Shown here: one piece after another, positions 28,196 to 39,521 of the stretch
How the letters are laid out: every line of letters begins with the position of its first letter
Numbering within the stretch: position 1 is the first letter of the stretch
Source: Octadecabacter sp.
Lineage (GTDB): Bacteria > Pseudomonadota > Alphaproteobacteria > Rhodobacterales > Rhodobacteraceae
Reading direction: 5' to 3'
Assembly: GCA_017886375.1 (NCBI GenBank)
Contig: JAGGNB010000081.1
Location: 18,764-82,763, forward strand
DNA length: 64,000 nucleotides
Position numbers and translations under genes: made by a program
Notes under the pieces: model-generated
Seen by the model: only the letters and a program-made list of their open reading frames with translations
The model's database searches: none
What the model was told of the DNA's origin: nothing

Positions 28196-29965
28196 ATGCT
28201 GAATAGCACGGGCGACAGACGAGGCGACGCAGTGGACACACCCGATACATATTCAAGACGCGAACGTCTGATGAACCGGCTGCATGCGCGGTGGGCGGTG
28301 CGGACACGTCCTGCGACGGGGTTTCAATCCAACCCTGAACCAAAAATGATCGGGCACTACGCACGTGGTAGGCAACTTCTTGCGGGAAATTTCCTGTTTT
28401 CCGGCCATCTGATCGAAGCGCCCGGCGTTAGCCTATGGGATGCTGCGGAACGGGTGACGACATCGACAAATTCTGTTCACGGGTTTGCGTGGCTTGATGA
28501 TCTGGCGGCAGTCGGGGACACAAAAGCGCGGGTTGCCGCGCAAAGTTGGGTGAGCGATTGGATTGTGCGTTACGGCCACGGTCGCGGGGCGGGATGGACA
28601 CCGGACATAACCGGACGGCGATTGATCCGATGGATCGCGCATGGGTTCTTTTTGTTGCGCGGGGCCGACAAGGATGCATCGCACGCCTATTTTAGATCCG
28701 CAGCCCAGCAAGCAATTTTTCTATCACGTCGCTGGCACGTCGCGCGCGCTGGCCTGCCCCGATTCGAGGCATTGGCAGGAATGATTTACGCGGGGCTTTC
28801 GCTGCAAGGCATGGAAGACCGCGTTGATCCCGCGATTGCGGTTCTGGCCCGCGATTGCAAAATCCAGATTGGGCCGGACGGCGGTATTGCGTCGCGCAAC
28901 CCGGAAGAATTGCTGGAAATCCTGACACTGCTCACGTGGGTTGAAACTGCGCTCAGCGGTTCGGGACGTGAAGTCCCTGAAGCGATGCTCTCGGCGATGG
29001 CCCGAATGGCGCCTGCACTGCGGGCTATGCGTCATTCTGACGGTGGGTTGGCACGGTTTCATGGTGGTGGTCGCGGGCTTGATGGCTGGCTTGATCAGGC
29101 ATTGGCGGCTGTGGGCACGATGGAACAACCCGATCAGGGTTTGCACATGGGTTACGGCAGACTTGCGGCAGGTCGCACGAGTCTGATTGCCGACACAGCA
29201 GCGCCGCCCATAGGTGTCGCAGCGGCCGAGGCACATGCATCGACCCTCGCGATGGAACTGACGTCTGGCCGCCGTCCGTTGATTGTGAATTGTGGCTCGG
29301 GCAGCAGTTTTGGCCCCGAATGGCGCCGTGCCGGACGCGCCACGCCGAGCCATTCGACGCTGTGCATCGATGGCGTGTCATCAGCCCACATTGCAGTGCG
29401 CAAAGACGGTGCGGAATTGCTCTGTGACGGGCCGAAAAAGGTGCAATCCGAATTCACCGCGTTGGGGGACGGCAACCGTCTTGAAATGGCCCATGATGGT
29501 TACCGTGCTTCTCACGGACTGACCCACGTGCGCACACTTGATCTAAGCAAAGACGGCCGGGCGCTGGCAGGTGAAGACTTGCTGACAATCCTTGAGTCGT
29601 TTGACGAGCCACTTTTTGACAAAGCGCTCGACACCGAAAAGCTGCAAGGCATTCCGTGGTCTGTGCGGTTTCATTTGCACCCAGAAGTGGACGCGATTGT
29701 CGATTTGGGGGGGGCAGCCGTGTCCCTGACCCAGAAGTCCGGTGAGATTTGGGTGTTTCGTCACGATGGCGCCGGTGAATTGCGCCTTGAGCCTTCGGTT
29801 TACCTCGAAAATGGGCGCCTGCGTCCGCGTGCAACGCAACAGGTGGTTTTATCCGGACGCGCAATGTCATATGCGACGCGCATCCGCTGGTCTTTATCCA
29901 AGGCGCAAGACACACCAACTGCCTTGCGCGATGTGAAAGAGAACCAGCCGGAGTTTGACGTTTGA
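28196..29965 (+). CDS. Heparinase II/III family protein
   Basis: [36 protein letters not shown]; conserved position between rsmB and purH; start uncertain. Confidence 0.85.
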   Translation: MLNSTGDRRGDAVDTPDTYSRRERLMNRLHARWAVRTRPATGFQSNPEPKMIGHYARGRQLLAGNFLFSGHLIEAPGVSLWDAAERVTTSTNSVHGFAWLDDLAAVGDTKARVAAQSWVSDWIVRYGHGRGAGWTPDITGRRLIRWIAHGFFLLRGADKDASHAYFRSAAQQAIFLSRRWHVARAGLPRFEALAGMIYAGLSLQGMEDRVDPAIAVLARDCKIQIGPDGGIASRNPEELLEILTLLTWVETALSGSGREVPEAMLSAMARMAPALRAMRHSDGGLARFHGGGRGLDGWLDQALAAVGTMEQPDQGLHMGYGRLAAGRTSLIADTAAPPIGVAAAEAHASTLAMELTSGRRPLIVNCGSGSSFGPEWRRAGRATPSHSTLCIDGVSSAHIAVRKDGAELLCDGPKKVQSEFTALGDGNRLEMAHDGYRASHGLTHVRTLDLSKDGRALAGEDLLTILESFDEPLFDKALDTEKLQGIPWSVRFHLHPEVDAIVDLGGAAVSLTQKSGEIWVFRHDGAGELRLEPSVYLENGRLRPRATQQVVLSGRAMSYATRIRWSLSKAQDTPTALRDVKENQPEFDV

Positions 29966-29984
29966 CTTGCCTGAGGGGCCCCAC

Positions 29985-31574
29985 ATGACCGACCTTCACC
30001 CAATTTCCCGCGCTTTGCTGTCTGTGTCTGACAAGACAGGATTGATCGACCTTGGGCGGGCACTGTCCGCGCGCGGTGTCGAATTGTTGTCCACGGGCGG
30101 GTCGGCAAAGACGCTACGTGACGCCGGCCTTATCGTGCGGGATGTCGCGGATGTGACTGGATTTCCCGAGATGATGGACGGTCGCGTGAAGACACTTCAT
30201 CCAGCCGTGCACGGTGGATTGTTGGCGTTGCGCGACAACGACGCACATTTGGCTGCGATGGAAGAACACAAGATCGACGCAATCGATCTATTGGTCGTGA
30301 ACCTCTATCCGTTTGAAGAAACCGTCGCGGCGGGTGCTGGATATGATGACTGCATCGAAAATATCGACATCGGTGGTCCTGCGATGATTCGCGCGGCGGC
30401 CAAGAACCATGCGTTTGTGAATGTTGTTGTGGATGTGCTGGACTACGATGCGCTGTTGGCTGAATTGGATGCCAATGACGGCGCGACGACACTGGCGTTC
30501 CGCCAAACACTGGCCCAGACAGCTTATGCGCGCACGGCAGCTTATGATGCCGCAGTTAGCACATGGATGGCAGACGCAATTGGCAACACTGCACCGCGCC
30601 GCAAGGCGGTCGCAGGAACGCTGGCGCAAACTTTGCGCTACGGTGAGAACCCGCATCAATCCGCAACGTTTTATGTGGATGGGTCCAGCCGACCCGGGGT
30701 GGCAACGGCGACCCAGCATCAGGGCAAAGAACTGTCCTACAACAACATCAACGACACGGACGCGGCGTTTGAATTGGTCAGTGAATTTGCGCCTGCCGAT
30801 GGCCCTGCTGTCGCAATTATCAAACACGCCAACCCGTGCGGTGTGGCGATAGGTGCGACGTTGGCACAGGCGTACCAAAAGGCGTTTCAATGCGACCAGA
30901 CCAGCGCGTTCGGCGGCATTATTGCCCTGAACGGTGAACTGGACGCCGAAACGGCCGAAGCGATCACAGGGATTTTCACAGAAGTCGTCATCGCGCCTTC
31001 TGCAACTGACGAGGCTAAGGCAATCTTCGCCGCCAAAAAGAACCTACGTCTTTTGACGACGGGTGCCTTGGCCGATCCAATGGCTGTGGCACAGACAATC
31101 CGACAGGTGTCGGGTGGCTATCTTATGCAGGATAAGGACAACGGGCGTGTCGCGGCGTCCGATCTGAGGGTCGTGACCAAGGTCAAACCAACCGTTGCGC
31201 AAATGGCTGATCTGCTGTTTGCGTGGAAGGTCGCAAAACACGTCAAATCCAACGCGATTGTTTATGTCAAAGACGGCGCGACAGTGGGTGTTGGCGCTGG
31301 CCAGATGAGCCGGATCGACAGCGCATTGATTGCAGCCAAGAAGGCGGAACGCATGGCCGAAGCGCTTGGACTTTCCGAACCGCTGACAAATGGGTCCGCA
31401 GTCGCATCTGACGCGTTTTTTCCATTTGCTGATGGTTTGCTTGAGGCTGCCGCGGCGGGCGCGTCTTGCGTGATCCAGCCGGGCGGTTCTATGAGAGATG
31501 ACGAAGTGATTGCGGCGGCAGATGATGCTGGCCTCGCGATGGTTTTCACCGGTATGCGCCATTTTCGGCACTAA
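29985..31574 (+). CDS. purH: Bifunctional AICAR transformylase/IMP cyclohydrolase
   Basis: [39 protein letters not shown]. Confidence 0.98.
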   Translation: MTDLHPISRALLSVSDKTGLIDLGRALSARGVELLSTGGSAKTLRDAGLIVRDVADVTGFPEMMDGRVKTLHPAVHGGLLALRDNDAHLAAMEEHKIDAIDLLVVNLYPFEETVAAGAGYDDCIENIDIGGPAMIRAAAKNHAFVNVVVDVLDYDALLAELDANDGATTLAFRQTLAQTAYARTAAYDAAVSTWMADAIGNTAPRRKAVAGTLAQTLRYGENPHQSATFYVDGSSRPGVATATQHQGKELSYNNINDTDAAFELVSEFAPADGPAVAIIKHANPCGVAIGATLAQAYQKAFQCDQTSAFGGIIALNGELDAETAEAITGIFTEVVIAPSATDEAKAIFAAKKNLRLLTTGALADPMAVAQTIRQVSGGYLMQDKDNGRVAASDLRVVTKVKPTVAQMADLLFAWKVAKHVKSNAIVYVKDGATVGVGAGQMSRIDSALIAAKKAERMAEALGLSEPLTNGSAVASDAFFPFADGLLEAAAAGASCVIQPGGSMRDDEVIAAADDAGLAMVFTGMRHFRH

Positions 31575-31598
31575 TAACGATGCGAAAGGGCAACGCGG

Positions 31599-32078
31599 AT
31601 GCGGCTGACTTACTGGACCGGCTTTTGGATTTTCTTGGTTGATCAGGTCACTAAATATATCGTGCTTTATCAGGTGAATTTGCCTGCACAGCCAAACCAA
31701 ACCTATGAGGTTTTTGCGCCACTGCTGACATTGCGCATGGCGTGGAACCGCGGTGTCAATTTCGGATTGTTTGCAGATTTTGATATGCGCTGGGCGCTGA
31801 TTACTGTTGCGTTGATCATTTCGGCATTTGTTCTCTGGTGGATACGGCGTGAAAATGCAGGGCGCTGGGCGCATATTAGCGCCGGTTTGCTGGTTGGCGG
31901 TGCGATGGGGAATGTCGTGGACCGTGTTTTGCACGGCGCTGTCGCGGATTTTCTGAATGTGTCATGCTGTGGGATCAACAACCCATATGCGTTCAACGTC
32001 GCGGATATTTCGATATTTGCTGGCGCGATCGGACTTGTGTTGTTCACGGATGGCGGCAACAAAAAGAAGACTGCGTGA
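31599..32078 (+). CDS. lspA: Signal peptidase II
   Basis: DQVTK, NRGVNFG, GAMGNVVDR, FNVAD. Confidence 0.95.
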   Translation: MRLTYWTGFWIFLVDQVTKYIVLYQVNLPAQPNQTYEVFAPLLTLRMAWNRGVNFGLFADFDMRWALITVALIISAFVLWWIRRENAGRWAHISAGLLVGGAMGNVVDRVLHGAVADFLNVSCCGINNPYAFNVADISIFAGAIGLVLFTDGGNKKKTA

Positions 32079-32128
32079 CGCGAGCAAAGGTTTGCGCTAG
32101 AACGCAATAGGGAAGACGTGAGGGTACG

Positions 32129-32629
32129 ATGAAACTAATCTTTTGTTTCGGTGTGATTGTGATGCTGACCGCCTGTGCGGGCGGTGATCGCGGATTGCGT
32201 GACTTACGCTCAAACGGGGGCGGGCCAGACGAATTCAGGGTAATGCCTGTTGGTGAACTTGTTCTGCCAAGTGATGTTACGAACCTGCCAGCGCCGACGC
32301 CGGGCCAGTCCAATCGTACCGATCCAACGCCAAGTGCAGATGCGGTCGCGGCATTAGGCGGCAATCCGAACGCGTTGATCCCCAATGGAATTCCCGCAAG
32401 CGACGGCGCATTGGTGACTGCAGCCAGCCGCAACGGTGTTGATCCCGCAATCCGACAGACACTTGCGTCCGAGGATGCAGCGTTCCGTACACGTCAGTCG
32501 CGTTTTGGGTTCATTCGCGGGCGGGATCGCTATTTCAGTGCCTATGCCCGCCAAGCGCTCGATGCATATTCCGAACTTCAGCGTTTCCGCAATGCAGGTG
32601 TTGCTACGCCATCGGCGCCCCCCCAATAA
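32129..32629 (+). CDS. DUF3035 lipoprotein
   Basis: Lipobox LTAC; GPDEF.V.P...L..P motif. Confidence 0.8.
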   Translation: MKLIFCFGVIVMLTACAGGDRGLRDLRSNGGGPDEFRVMPVGELVLPSDVTNLPAPTPGQSNRTDPTPSADAVAALGGNPNALIPNGIPASDGALVTAASRNGVDPAIRQTLASEDAAFRTRQSRFGFIRGRDRYFSAYARQALDAYSELQRFRNAGVATPSAPPQ

Positions 32630-32741
32630 CGGGTCAGGCTGTCGGGCTAATTTTCTAACGCCACCTCACATCCGCGTATGGCCCCTTGAAGCGCACTGCG
32701 CGTGGCGTAAGTACACTGTAGATCATTAGCGGAGTTATCAA

Positions 32742-34079
32742 ATGCGTCTTCTCGCTGCGGCCCTTGCCGTGCTCGCCACCTCTGCCCCCGTTCTGACGCA
32801 GGCTGAGGAAGTTACGACCTACCAGCTCGACAACGGGATGGATGTGGTGGTCATCGAAGATCACCGAGCGCCGGTCGTGGTGCATATGTTGTGGTATCGC
32901 GCTGGATCAGCTGATGAACCCGTCGGGTCGTCAGGTGTGGCGCATTATCTGGAACACTTGCTGTTTAAGGCGACCGACACGGTTGAAAGCGGTGAATTCC
33001 AGCGCATCGTGGCGGAAAACGGCGGGTCAGACAACGCGTTCACCAGCTATGATTACACCGGATATTTCCAACGCGTCGCCGCAGACCGTCTGCCACTGAT
33101 GATGCAATATGAAGCCGACCGGATGAACAATCTGGTGCTGACCGAAGATGATATCGTGTCCGAACGTGGTGTGATTTTGGAAGAACGCAATCAGCGCACC
33201 GAAAACTCTCCCAATGCTTTGGCACGCGAACAGATGCGTGCGTCACAATTTCTGAATCACCGATACGGCGTGCCGATCATCGGTTGGAAGCATGAGATGG
33301 AGACGCTTGATATGGACGACGCGCTGTCGTTCTACGATCTGTATTATTCCCCCAACAATGCGATCCTTGTGGTTGCAGGCGATGTTCAACCTGATGAGGT
33401 GTTGGCATTGGCGCAAGAACACTACGGTCCGATCCCGATGGAACCTGATTTGCCAGAACGGTTCCGCACACAAGAACCGCCACAAACAGCAGAACGTCGT
33501 CTGATCTTTGAAGACCCGCGCGTGGCACAACCCTATGTAACCCGAAGCTACCTTGCGCCTGAACGCGACGCTGGTGCGCAAGAAGACGCTGCGGCTCTGA
33601 CTTATCTGGCGGACCTTCTGGGCGGATCGCCGTTCACATCCGCGCTGGGTATTGCGCTGCAATTTGAAACCAGCACCGCCGTTTATGTGGGTGCGTATTA
33701 TGACGGTTTGAATCTCGATGATGGCACGTTTGGTTTTACGGTTGTTCCATCCGAAGGCGTAAGCCTGCAAGAGGCTGAAGACGCCATGGACGCCGCGATT
33801 GTGGACTTCCTTGCGGCTGGGATTGATCCTGAACGCATGGAAGCATTGCGCACGCAACTTAAGGCGGGCGAAATCTATGCCCGCGATAACGTTGGCGGAT
33901 TGGCGCGCCGTTACGGCGCAGCACTGACGTCTGGATTGACGGTCCAAGACGTTCAAGCGTGGCCGGATATTCTGCAAGCGGTTACCGCCGAAGACGTGCT
34001 CGCGGTCGCTGAACGTGTTCTTGATCGCAATCAATCCGTCACGGGCTGGGTTATCCCCAGCCGGGAGGTTCTCCAATGA
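32742..34079 (+). CDS. M16 family zinc peptidase, catalytic subunit
   Basis: HYLEH (HxxEH), NAFTSYDYT; signal peptide. Confidence 0.93.
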   Translation: MRLLAAALAVLATSAPVLTQAEEVTTYQLDNGMDVVVIEDHRAPVVVHMLWYRAGSADEPVGSSGVAHYLEHLLFKATDTVESGEFQRIVAENGGSDNAFTSYDYTGYFQRVAADRLPLMMQYEADRMNNLVLTEDDIVSERGVILEERNQRTENSPNALAREQMRASQFLNHRYGVPIIGWKHEMETLDMDDALSFYDLYYSPNNAILVVAGDVQPDEVLALAQEHYGPIPMEPDLPERFRTQEPPQTAERRLIFEDPRVAQPYVTRSYLAPERDAGAQEDAAALTYLADLLGGSPFTSALGIALQFETSTAVYVGAYYDGLNLDDGTFGFTVVPSEGVSLQEAEDAMDAAIVDFLAAGIDPERMEALRTQLKAGEIYARDNVGGLARRYGAALTSGLTVQDVQAWPDILQAVTAEDVLAVAERVLDRNQSVTGWVIPSREVLQ

Positions 34080-35386
34080 TCCGTCTATTCCTCGCCCTCG
34101 CGCTGTCGCTGAGCGCTGTTTCAGCCCATGCACAAATGGAAATCCAAGAAGTCACATCGCCGGGCGGAATCAACGCGTGGTTGGTACAAGAAGACTCGAT
34201 CCCCTTTGTTGCGATCGAAATTGTGATTGATGGCGGTGCTTCGCTTGAGGACCCTGCAAAGCGCGGGGCCACAAATTTGATGATGGCACTGCTTGAAGAA
34301 GGATCAGGCGATCTGGGCGCGCGCGAATTTCAAGAAGCCCGCGAAGGTATTGCGGCGTCGTTCGGGTTTAATGCCTATGACGACTCGATCTCAATCTCTG
34401 CCGTATTCCTGACCGAAAATCGCGATGAAGCGATGGCGTTGCTGCGCGATGCGTTGACCAAGCCGCGGTTTGACGATGCCGCGATTGAACGGGTCCGCGC
34501 GCAGGTGCTGTCAATCATCCGATCCGACGCCCAAGACCCCAACAGCATCGCTGGCGCGACTTTTGATGCAGCAGCGTTTGGCGATCATCCTTACGGGACA
34601 TCGATTGACGGCACGGCCGAAACCGTTGCCGCCCTGACGCAGGATGACCTGTTTCAGGCACACCGCAATTCGCTGGTGCAAAGCCGCGTTTATGTTGGCG
34701 CATCCGGTGATATTTCAGCGGATGAGCTCGGGACATTGATAGACGATTTGCTGGGCGATTTGCCAATGGATGGCCCCGCCTTTCCACCGCGCGTCGAATT
34801 TGGATTGGGCGGTGGAACGACCATCGTACCATTTGAAACGCCGCAATCTGTTGCATTGTTTGGACAGGCGGGTATCGAACGCGACGACGATGATTTCTTT
34901 GCCGCCTACCTGCTGAATGAAATCCTTGGCGGGCGCGGCGTTGAAAGCCGGCTGATGCGCGAAGTGCGTGAAGAGCGCGGGCTGACCTATGGCGTCTATT
35001 CCTACCTTGTCCCAAAAAACTTGTCGGAAGTTTACCTCGGCTCTGTCGCGTCTGCCAATGGCACGATTGCCGAAGCGATCGGTGTGATCCGCGATGAATG
35101 GGCTTTGATGGCAAAAGACGGCGTCAGCGCGGTGGAATTGGATCAGGCCAAAACCTATCTGACGGGTGCTTATCCGCTGCGGTTTGACGGCAATGCTGAA
35201 ATCGCAGGGATCCTTGCGTCGATGCAATGGACTGGTCTGACGCCGGACTACATCGTCAATCGCAATGATTTTGTGAACGCAGTGACGCTGGATGACATCA
35301 ACCGCGTTGCCGCAGAACTGCTTGACCCTGACGGGCTGCATTTTGTGGTCGTCGGCCAACCTGAGGGGCTTGAGGCGAGCGATTAA
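34076..35386 (+). CDS. M16 family peptidase, non-catalytic subunit
   Basis: No HxxEH; SRLMREVREERGLTYG; ATGA overlap. Confidence 0.9.
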   Translation: MIRLFLALALSLSAVSAHAQMEIQEVTSPGGINAWLVQEDSIPFVAIEIVIDGGASLEDPAKRGATNLMMALLEEGSGDLGAREFQEAREGIAASFGFNAYDDSISISAVFLTENRDEAMALLRDALTKPRFDDAAIERVRAQVLSIIRSDAQDPNSIAGATFDAAAFGDHPYGTSIDGTAETVAALTQDDLFQAHRNSLVQSRVYVGASGDISADELGTLIDDLLGDLPMDGPAFPPRVEFGLGGGTTIVPFETPQSVALFGQAGIERDDDDFFAAYLLNEILGGRGVESRLMREVREERGLTYGVYSYLVPKNLSEVYLGSVASANGTIAEAIGVIRDEWALMAKDGVSAVELDQAKTYLTGAYPLRFDGNAEIAGILASMQWTGLTPDYIVNRNDFVNAVTLDDINRVAAELLDPDGLHFVVVGQPEGLEASD

Positions 35387-35436
35387 GCACCAATTGCCCT
35401 ATCAGAATCGCCTGTCGGCATGCTATCCATAGCGTC

Positions 35437-37302
35437 ATGTCTGCACCTGACCCCAACATAGGCGACCCGGTTTCCGATTTAGGCGACCCGGTTTCCAGCA
35501 TAGGCGGCCCCCGCCCCGTTATTCGCCAGCTCGACGATGCTGCGATCAACCGCATCGCGGCGGGTGAGGTCGTGGAACGTCCGGCGTCGGTGGTCAAAGA
35601 ACTCATTGAAAATGCTTTGGATGCGCGTGCGTCGCGGGTTGAAGTCTTCGTCGCCGATGGTGGAAAAACGTTGATCCGTGTCACTGACAACGGCGTCGGG
35701 ATGACTGCGCAGGATTTGCCGCTGGCCCTGTCACGCCATGCCACGTCAAAGATCGATGGGTCCGATTTGCTGAACATCCACAGTTTTGGCTTTCGCGGAG
35801 AGGCGTTGCCGTCCCTTGGCGCAGTTGGCCGATTGACGATCCGAAGCCGCGTCAATGGTGGTGAGGGTTGCGAAATTTCTGTTTCTGGTGGTGCCCACAC
35901 CGCCGTGCGCCCAGCGGCCTTGACTGCGGGGACAATCGTTGAACTGCGCGATTTGTTCTATGCCACACCCGCACGTCTGAAGTTCCTGCGCACGGATCGC
36001 GCAGAGATGCAGGCGATCAGCGAGGTCGTCAAACGCCTTGCCATGGCGGAGCCTTTTGTGACGTTCGTTTTGACGGATGTATCAGGTGGTAAATCCCGTG
36101 TGACGTTTCGCGCCGACGGTGAAACGGGCGATATGTTTGACGCGCTCCATGCCCGTCTGCGTGGCGTTCTCGGTAAAGATTTTGCCGAGAATGCGCTGGC
36201 GATCGATGCGCAACGCGACGGCGTGCATCTAACGGGATTTGCTGCGTTGCCGACTTATTCGCGCGGATCGGCGGTGCAGCAATTTCTGTATGTGAATGGT
36301 CGTCCTGTGCGTGACAAAGTCCTGATCGGGGCGCTGCGCGGGGCCTATATGGACACGCTGAGCCGTGATCGGCATCCGGCGGCATGTCTGTTTATTGATG
36401 TTGAACCGACCCGTGTCGACGTCAATGTGCATCCCGCAAAGTCGGAAGTTCGGTTTCGCGATCCCGCTATCGTGCGCGGGCTGATTGTCAGCGCGTTGCG
36501 CGCGGCCTTAGCGCAAGCGGGACATCGCGCGTCGAGTACGGTTGCGCATGAAACTCTGGGTGCGATGCATCCCGAACAGACAGAGCCGCGGGTCTACCAG
36601 ATGGATCGTCCCACAGGTGGTATTGGCCCCGCGTATCGCCCGAGCGGATTCGCGGACATGGCACCGGAAATGTCGGGCCGTGTTGAAATGATTGAGCCGA
36701 ACGACGGCTCCCGCGCCGAAGAACGCCCGCTTGGCGCGGCGCGCGCGCAGGTCCATGAGAATTACATCATCGCACAGACTGAAACTGGCATTGTCATTGT
36801 CGATGGACACGCCGCCCATGAACGGCTGGTTTATGAAAAGTTGAAAACCCAGATGGCGGAAAACGGGGTTGCGGCGCAGGCGTTGTTGATCCCCGAGATT
36901 ATCGAAATGTCTGACGGCGATGCGGCGCAATTGTTGGCTGTGGCCGATGATCTGTCGCGGTTCGGTCTGACCATCGAACCCTTTGGTGGCGGTGCCATTG
37001 CGGTGCGCGAAACGCCCGCCATTCTGGGCGAGGTCAACGCCGAGGCCATGTTGCGCGATATTCTGGATGAACTCAGCGACCTAGGGACAAGCACGCTGGT
37101 ACAAGAAAAACTTGAGGCGATCCTGAGCCGTATTGCCTGCCATGGGTCCATCCGCACAGGTCGTTCGATGCGTGGTGAAGAAATGAATGCCCTCTTGCGC
37201 GAAATGGAACGCACGCCACGTTCGGGGCAATGCAACCATGGGCGGCCAACCTATGTAGAGCTCAAACTAAGCGATATTGAGCGATTGTTCGGACGCACCT
37301 GA
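35437..37302 (+). CDS. mutL: DNA mismatch repair endonuclease MutL
   Basis: IAAGEVVERPASVVKEL, GFRGEAL, DGHAAHER, IACH, CNHGRPT. Confidence 0.98.
   Translation: MSAPDPNIGDPVSDLGDPVSSIGGPRPVIRQLDDAAINRIAAGEVVERPASVVKELIENALDARASRVEVFVADGGKTLIRVTDNGVGMTAQDLPLALSRHATSKIDGSDLLNIHSFGFRGEALPSLGAVGRLTIRSRVNGGEGCEISVSGGAHTAVRPAALTAGTIVELRDLFYATPARLKFLRTDRAEMQAISEVVKRLAMAEPFVTFVLTDVSGGKSRVTFRADGETGDMFDALHARLRGVLGKDFAENALAIDAQRDGVHLTGFAALPTYSRGSAVQQFLYVNGRPVRDKVLIGALRGAYMDTLSRDRHPAACLFIDVEPTRVDVNVHPAKSEVRFRDPAIVRGLIVSALRAALAQAGHRASSTVAHETLGAMHPEQTEPRVYQMDRPTGGIGPAYRPSGFADMAPEMSGRVEMIEPNDGSRAEERPLGAARAQVHENYIIAQTETGIVIVDGHAAHERLVYEKLKTQMAENGVAAQALLIPEIIEMSDGDAAQLLAVADDLSRFGLTIEPFGGGAIAVRETPAILGEVNAEAMLRDILDELSDLGTSTLVQEKLEAILSRIACHGSIRTGRSMRGEEMNALLREMERTPRSGQCNHGRPTYVELKLSDIERLFGRT
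35459..35510 (+). repeat. In-frame 21-bp tandem repeat in the mutL 5' end
   Basis: taggcgacccggtttcc at 35459 and 35480, degenerate third copy taggcggccc at 35501. Confidence 0.85.
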
Positions 37303-37368
37303 TCGAAAATGCGCCCTTGAGGCGGCGGGTAACGCCCGATAGCTTAGTCCAAACGAAGGGGACAGCAG

Positions 37369-37767
37369 ATGCGGATTGCAATGGCTATGGCAGGCCTGAC
37401 ACTCATGGTTGCGTGCACAAATTTCGAAAGTGGTCGTTTTACGGACATGCGGATCGAAAAAGACCCCAGCAACCTGTTTGTCATGTTGGATAGCGCGTTG
37501 GGCGAAAGCCACCGCGACCTTCCCTTTGATACGGGCACAGTTTACGTCGTGGCGAATGAACATGGTGATCTGCACACATATTCGCTAATGCCGTGTCGTG
37601 GCGGAACACAGATTTGCGGTGGCTCTGGTCATGTTGGCACTGTGCAGCGAACACTGGATTATTATGTTGTGACGGGTGCTTACAGCGACCGCACATTCTT
37701 TTTGTCGCCCGGTGGCGACGGTTATTTGACTTGGCGGGGAATGGATCTTGATCTTGCGTGGAATTAA
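37369..37767 (+). CDS. Hypothetical lipoprotein
   Basis: Signal MRIAMAMAGLTLMVAC; RBS AAGGGGA. Confidence 0.7.
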   Translation: MRIAMAMAGLTLMVACTNFESGRFTDMRIEKDPSNLFVMLDSALGESHRDLPFDTGTVYVVANEHGDLHTYSLMPCRGGTQICGGSGHVGTVQRTLDYYVVTGAYSDRTFFLSPGGDGYLTWRGMDLDLAWN

Positions 37768-38140
37768 ACAAACGGTGCTAATGGCGTTAATAGGGACAGC
37801 TTTGTCCGGTTGTCTCGCCGAATTGCCCGGCGGTGAAACGGGGCCATTTGCACCTGGAAACACACTGACGTTCTATTATCAGACTGTGCTGACAGACCCG
37901 CCCGATCAAGCCAGAATCGTATTATGCGAAGAACAGATTATCGCGCGGTCGTGTGTGCGGATGTCAAATGGTGCAACCTTCCCATTGGAAGCGACCGACA
38001 CCGGCGTCGCTTACGGCAACGAGGAATTACGGATTGTTCTGCAGCTTGATGCAGGCGGCGTTCCATCGGGAGTTGGTCAGTTAAACAACGTCACGAGCGG
38101 TGAAGCTACAGGCATGCGTTGGGTATCGTTGCCGTCCTAA
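37748..38140 (+). CDS. Hypothetical lipoprotein
   Basis: Lipobox LSGC; start uncertain (TTG 37748/37754 or ATG 37781). Confidence 0.65.
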   Translation: MILRGIKQTVLMALIGTALSGCLAELPGGETGPFAPGNTLTFYYQTVLTDPPDQARIVLCEEQIIARSCVRMSNGATFPLEATDTGVAYGNEELRIVLQLDAGGVPSGVGQLNNVTSGEATGMRWVSLPS

Positions 38141-38155
38141 ATCGGTTCAATATCA

Positions 38156-38172
38156 AAAAGGCGCGCCTTTTT
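38156..38172. terminator. Short bidirectional terminator-like palindrome
   Basis: aaaaggcgcgcctttt between convergent genes. Confidence 0.4.
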
Positions 38173-38188
38173 GTCGTCTTCCATGGAA

Positions 38189-38845
38189 TTAAATCTGCAA
38201 AAAAGGCTGCAAAATACGCGGGATCAGGCTGTTAAAGCGCAGTGGTGCGTCGGTCGCGGCCAGACAGATACAATCCTCGCCCATTTCCGCAATCGGCTGA
38301 TGATTGAGGTCTTGCGTCGCCACTTCTATGTCACCTTTGCCAAAGCGGTCAGTTTTATCGCTAAACGCGCCTTGCAAAACCAATGTTAGCTCTGTGCCAC
38401 GGTGCCCGTGGTCCGGCACGGAGACACCTGCGGGGATATGCAGCAAACGCACGCTCGCGGATTTGTCGACCTTCAGGATGGCCTGACGCACGCCGCCGCC
38501 AACCTTGCGCCATTGGACTGCATCCAAATCACCACCGACATATTCTTGCAGTGGGGTTGGGAAATGCCCCGATGAGATGCGTCTTGCCGGAGCAGCGATA
38601 TCGCCATTTTCGATGAGGTCCAGCACAGCTGCAAAGCTGTCATCGGACATGGTTACAGGGGCTTCTTCGTCCATTATCGCGCCACCGACGGCGTCGTATT
38701 CATGCATCTGTGCACGGCATTCGTCGCACAGTGAAATATGCGTCGCGACCACAAGGTTGAAACCTTCGGGTAATGTGCCAGCAGAATATGCGATAAGCAG
38801 GGCGTCGGTCAGGTGATGTTTAATTTCTGTCATAGGTGCTGTCAT
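38189..38845 (-). CDS. chrR: Anti-sigma factor ChrR
   Basis: ZAS motif HISLCDEC; C-terminal cupin PDHGHRGTELTLVLQG. Confidence 0.95.
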   Translation of the reverse strand: MTAPMTEIKHHLTDALLIAYSAGTLPEGFNLVVATHISLCDECRAQMHEYDAVGGAIMDEEAPVTMSDDSFAAVLDLIENGDIAAPARRISSGHFPTPLQEYVGGDLDAVQWRKVGGGVRQAILKVDKSASVRLLHIPAGVSVPDHGHRGTELTLVLQGAFSDKTDRFGKGDIEVATQDLNHQPIAEMGEDCICLAATDAPLRFNSLIPRILQPFLQI

Positions 38846-39513
38846 TTCATTTGGTGGCGTAAACGATTTAGCGCCAACCGGATTCTTGATTTGATGGTAC
38901 CGAGTGGTAGCCCGGTCGCCTCGGCGATTTCGCTGTGTGTGAGTTCGCCATAATAAGCGCGCACAATCAGGTCTCTTTGTTTGTCTGGCAGGGTGGCCAA
39001 AGCGTCAGTCAGTTTTGCACTGTCTTGTTGAAGTGCCAAAATATCGGCTTGATCGGGTTCCGCCTCAGGCCCCCACGTCAGGTCCTCTGGTTCGGGGCGG
39101 CGCTGTTTGCGCAGCATGTCGATCCGGCGGTTTCGGGCGATTGTGAAAATCCATGTCGAAACGCTTGCTTTGGCGGGATCAAACAAATGTGCTTTGCGCC
39201 AGAGCGTCGCCATGACGTCCTGTGCGACTTCTTCTGCCATATCGGGACTTGCGCCGGATTTCATCAAGAACGCCTTCACGCGTGGAGCGAAGTGGGTAAA
39301 CACCTCAGCGAAGGCCGATCGGTCTTTTTGATCGCGGATCGACGAAAGGTGACCCACCCATGCCATTCGATCTGGTTTCTTGCGTGTCTCCACGGATACC
39401 TCTTTCACATCAAAGCTTTTTGGTCGCATCGCGCCAAGTGCCTTTACTGCACCATAGGCGCCATAAGCCACGGGCGCATCCGATATTCTCAGCAAAGATG
39501 TGTTTGTTATCAT
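38842..39513 (-). CDS. rpoE: ECF sigma factor RpoE (singlet-oxygen response, ECF11)
   Basis: STWIFTIARNRRID, LPLGTIKSRIR; coupled to chrR; alternative SD-led GTG start at 39393. Confidence 0.93.
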   Translation of the reverse strand: MITNTSLLRISDAPVAYGAYGAVKALGAMRPKSFDVKEVSVETRKKPDRMAWVGHLSSIRDQKDRSAFAEVFTHFAPRVKAFLMKSGASPDMAEEVAQDVMATLWRKAHLFDPAKASVSTWIFTIARNRRIDMLRKQRRPEPEDLTWGPEAEPDQADILALQQDSAKLTDALATLPDKQRDLIVRAYYGELTHSEIAEATGLPLGTIKSRIRLALNRLRHQMK

Positions 39514-39521
39514 AAACAGAA

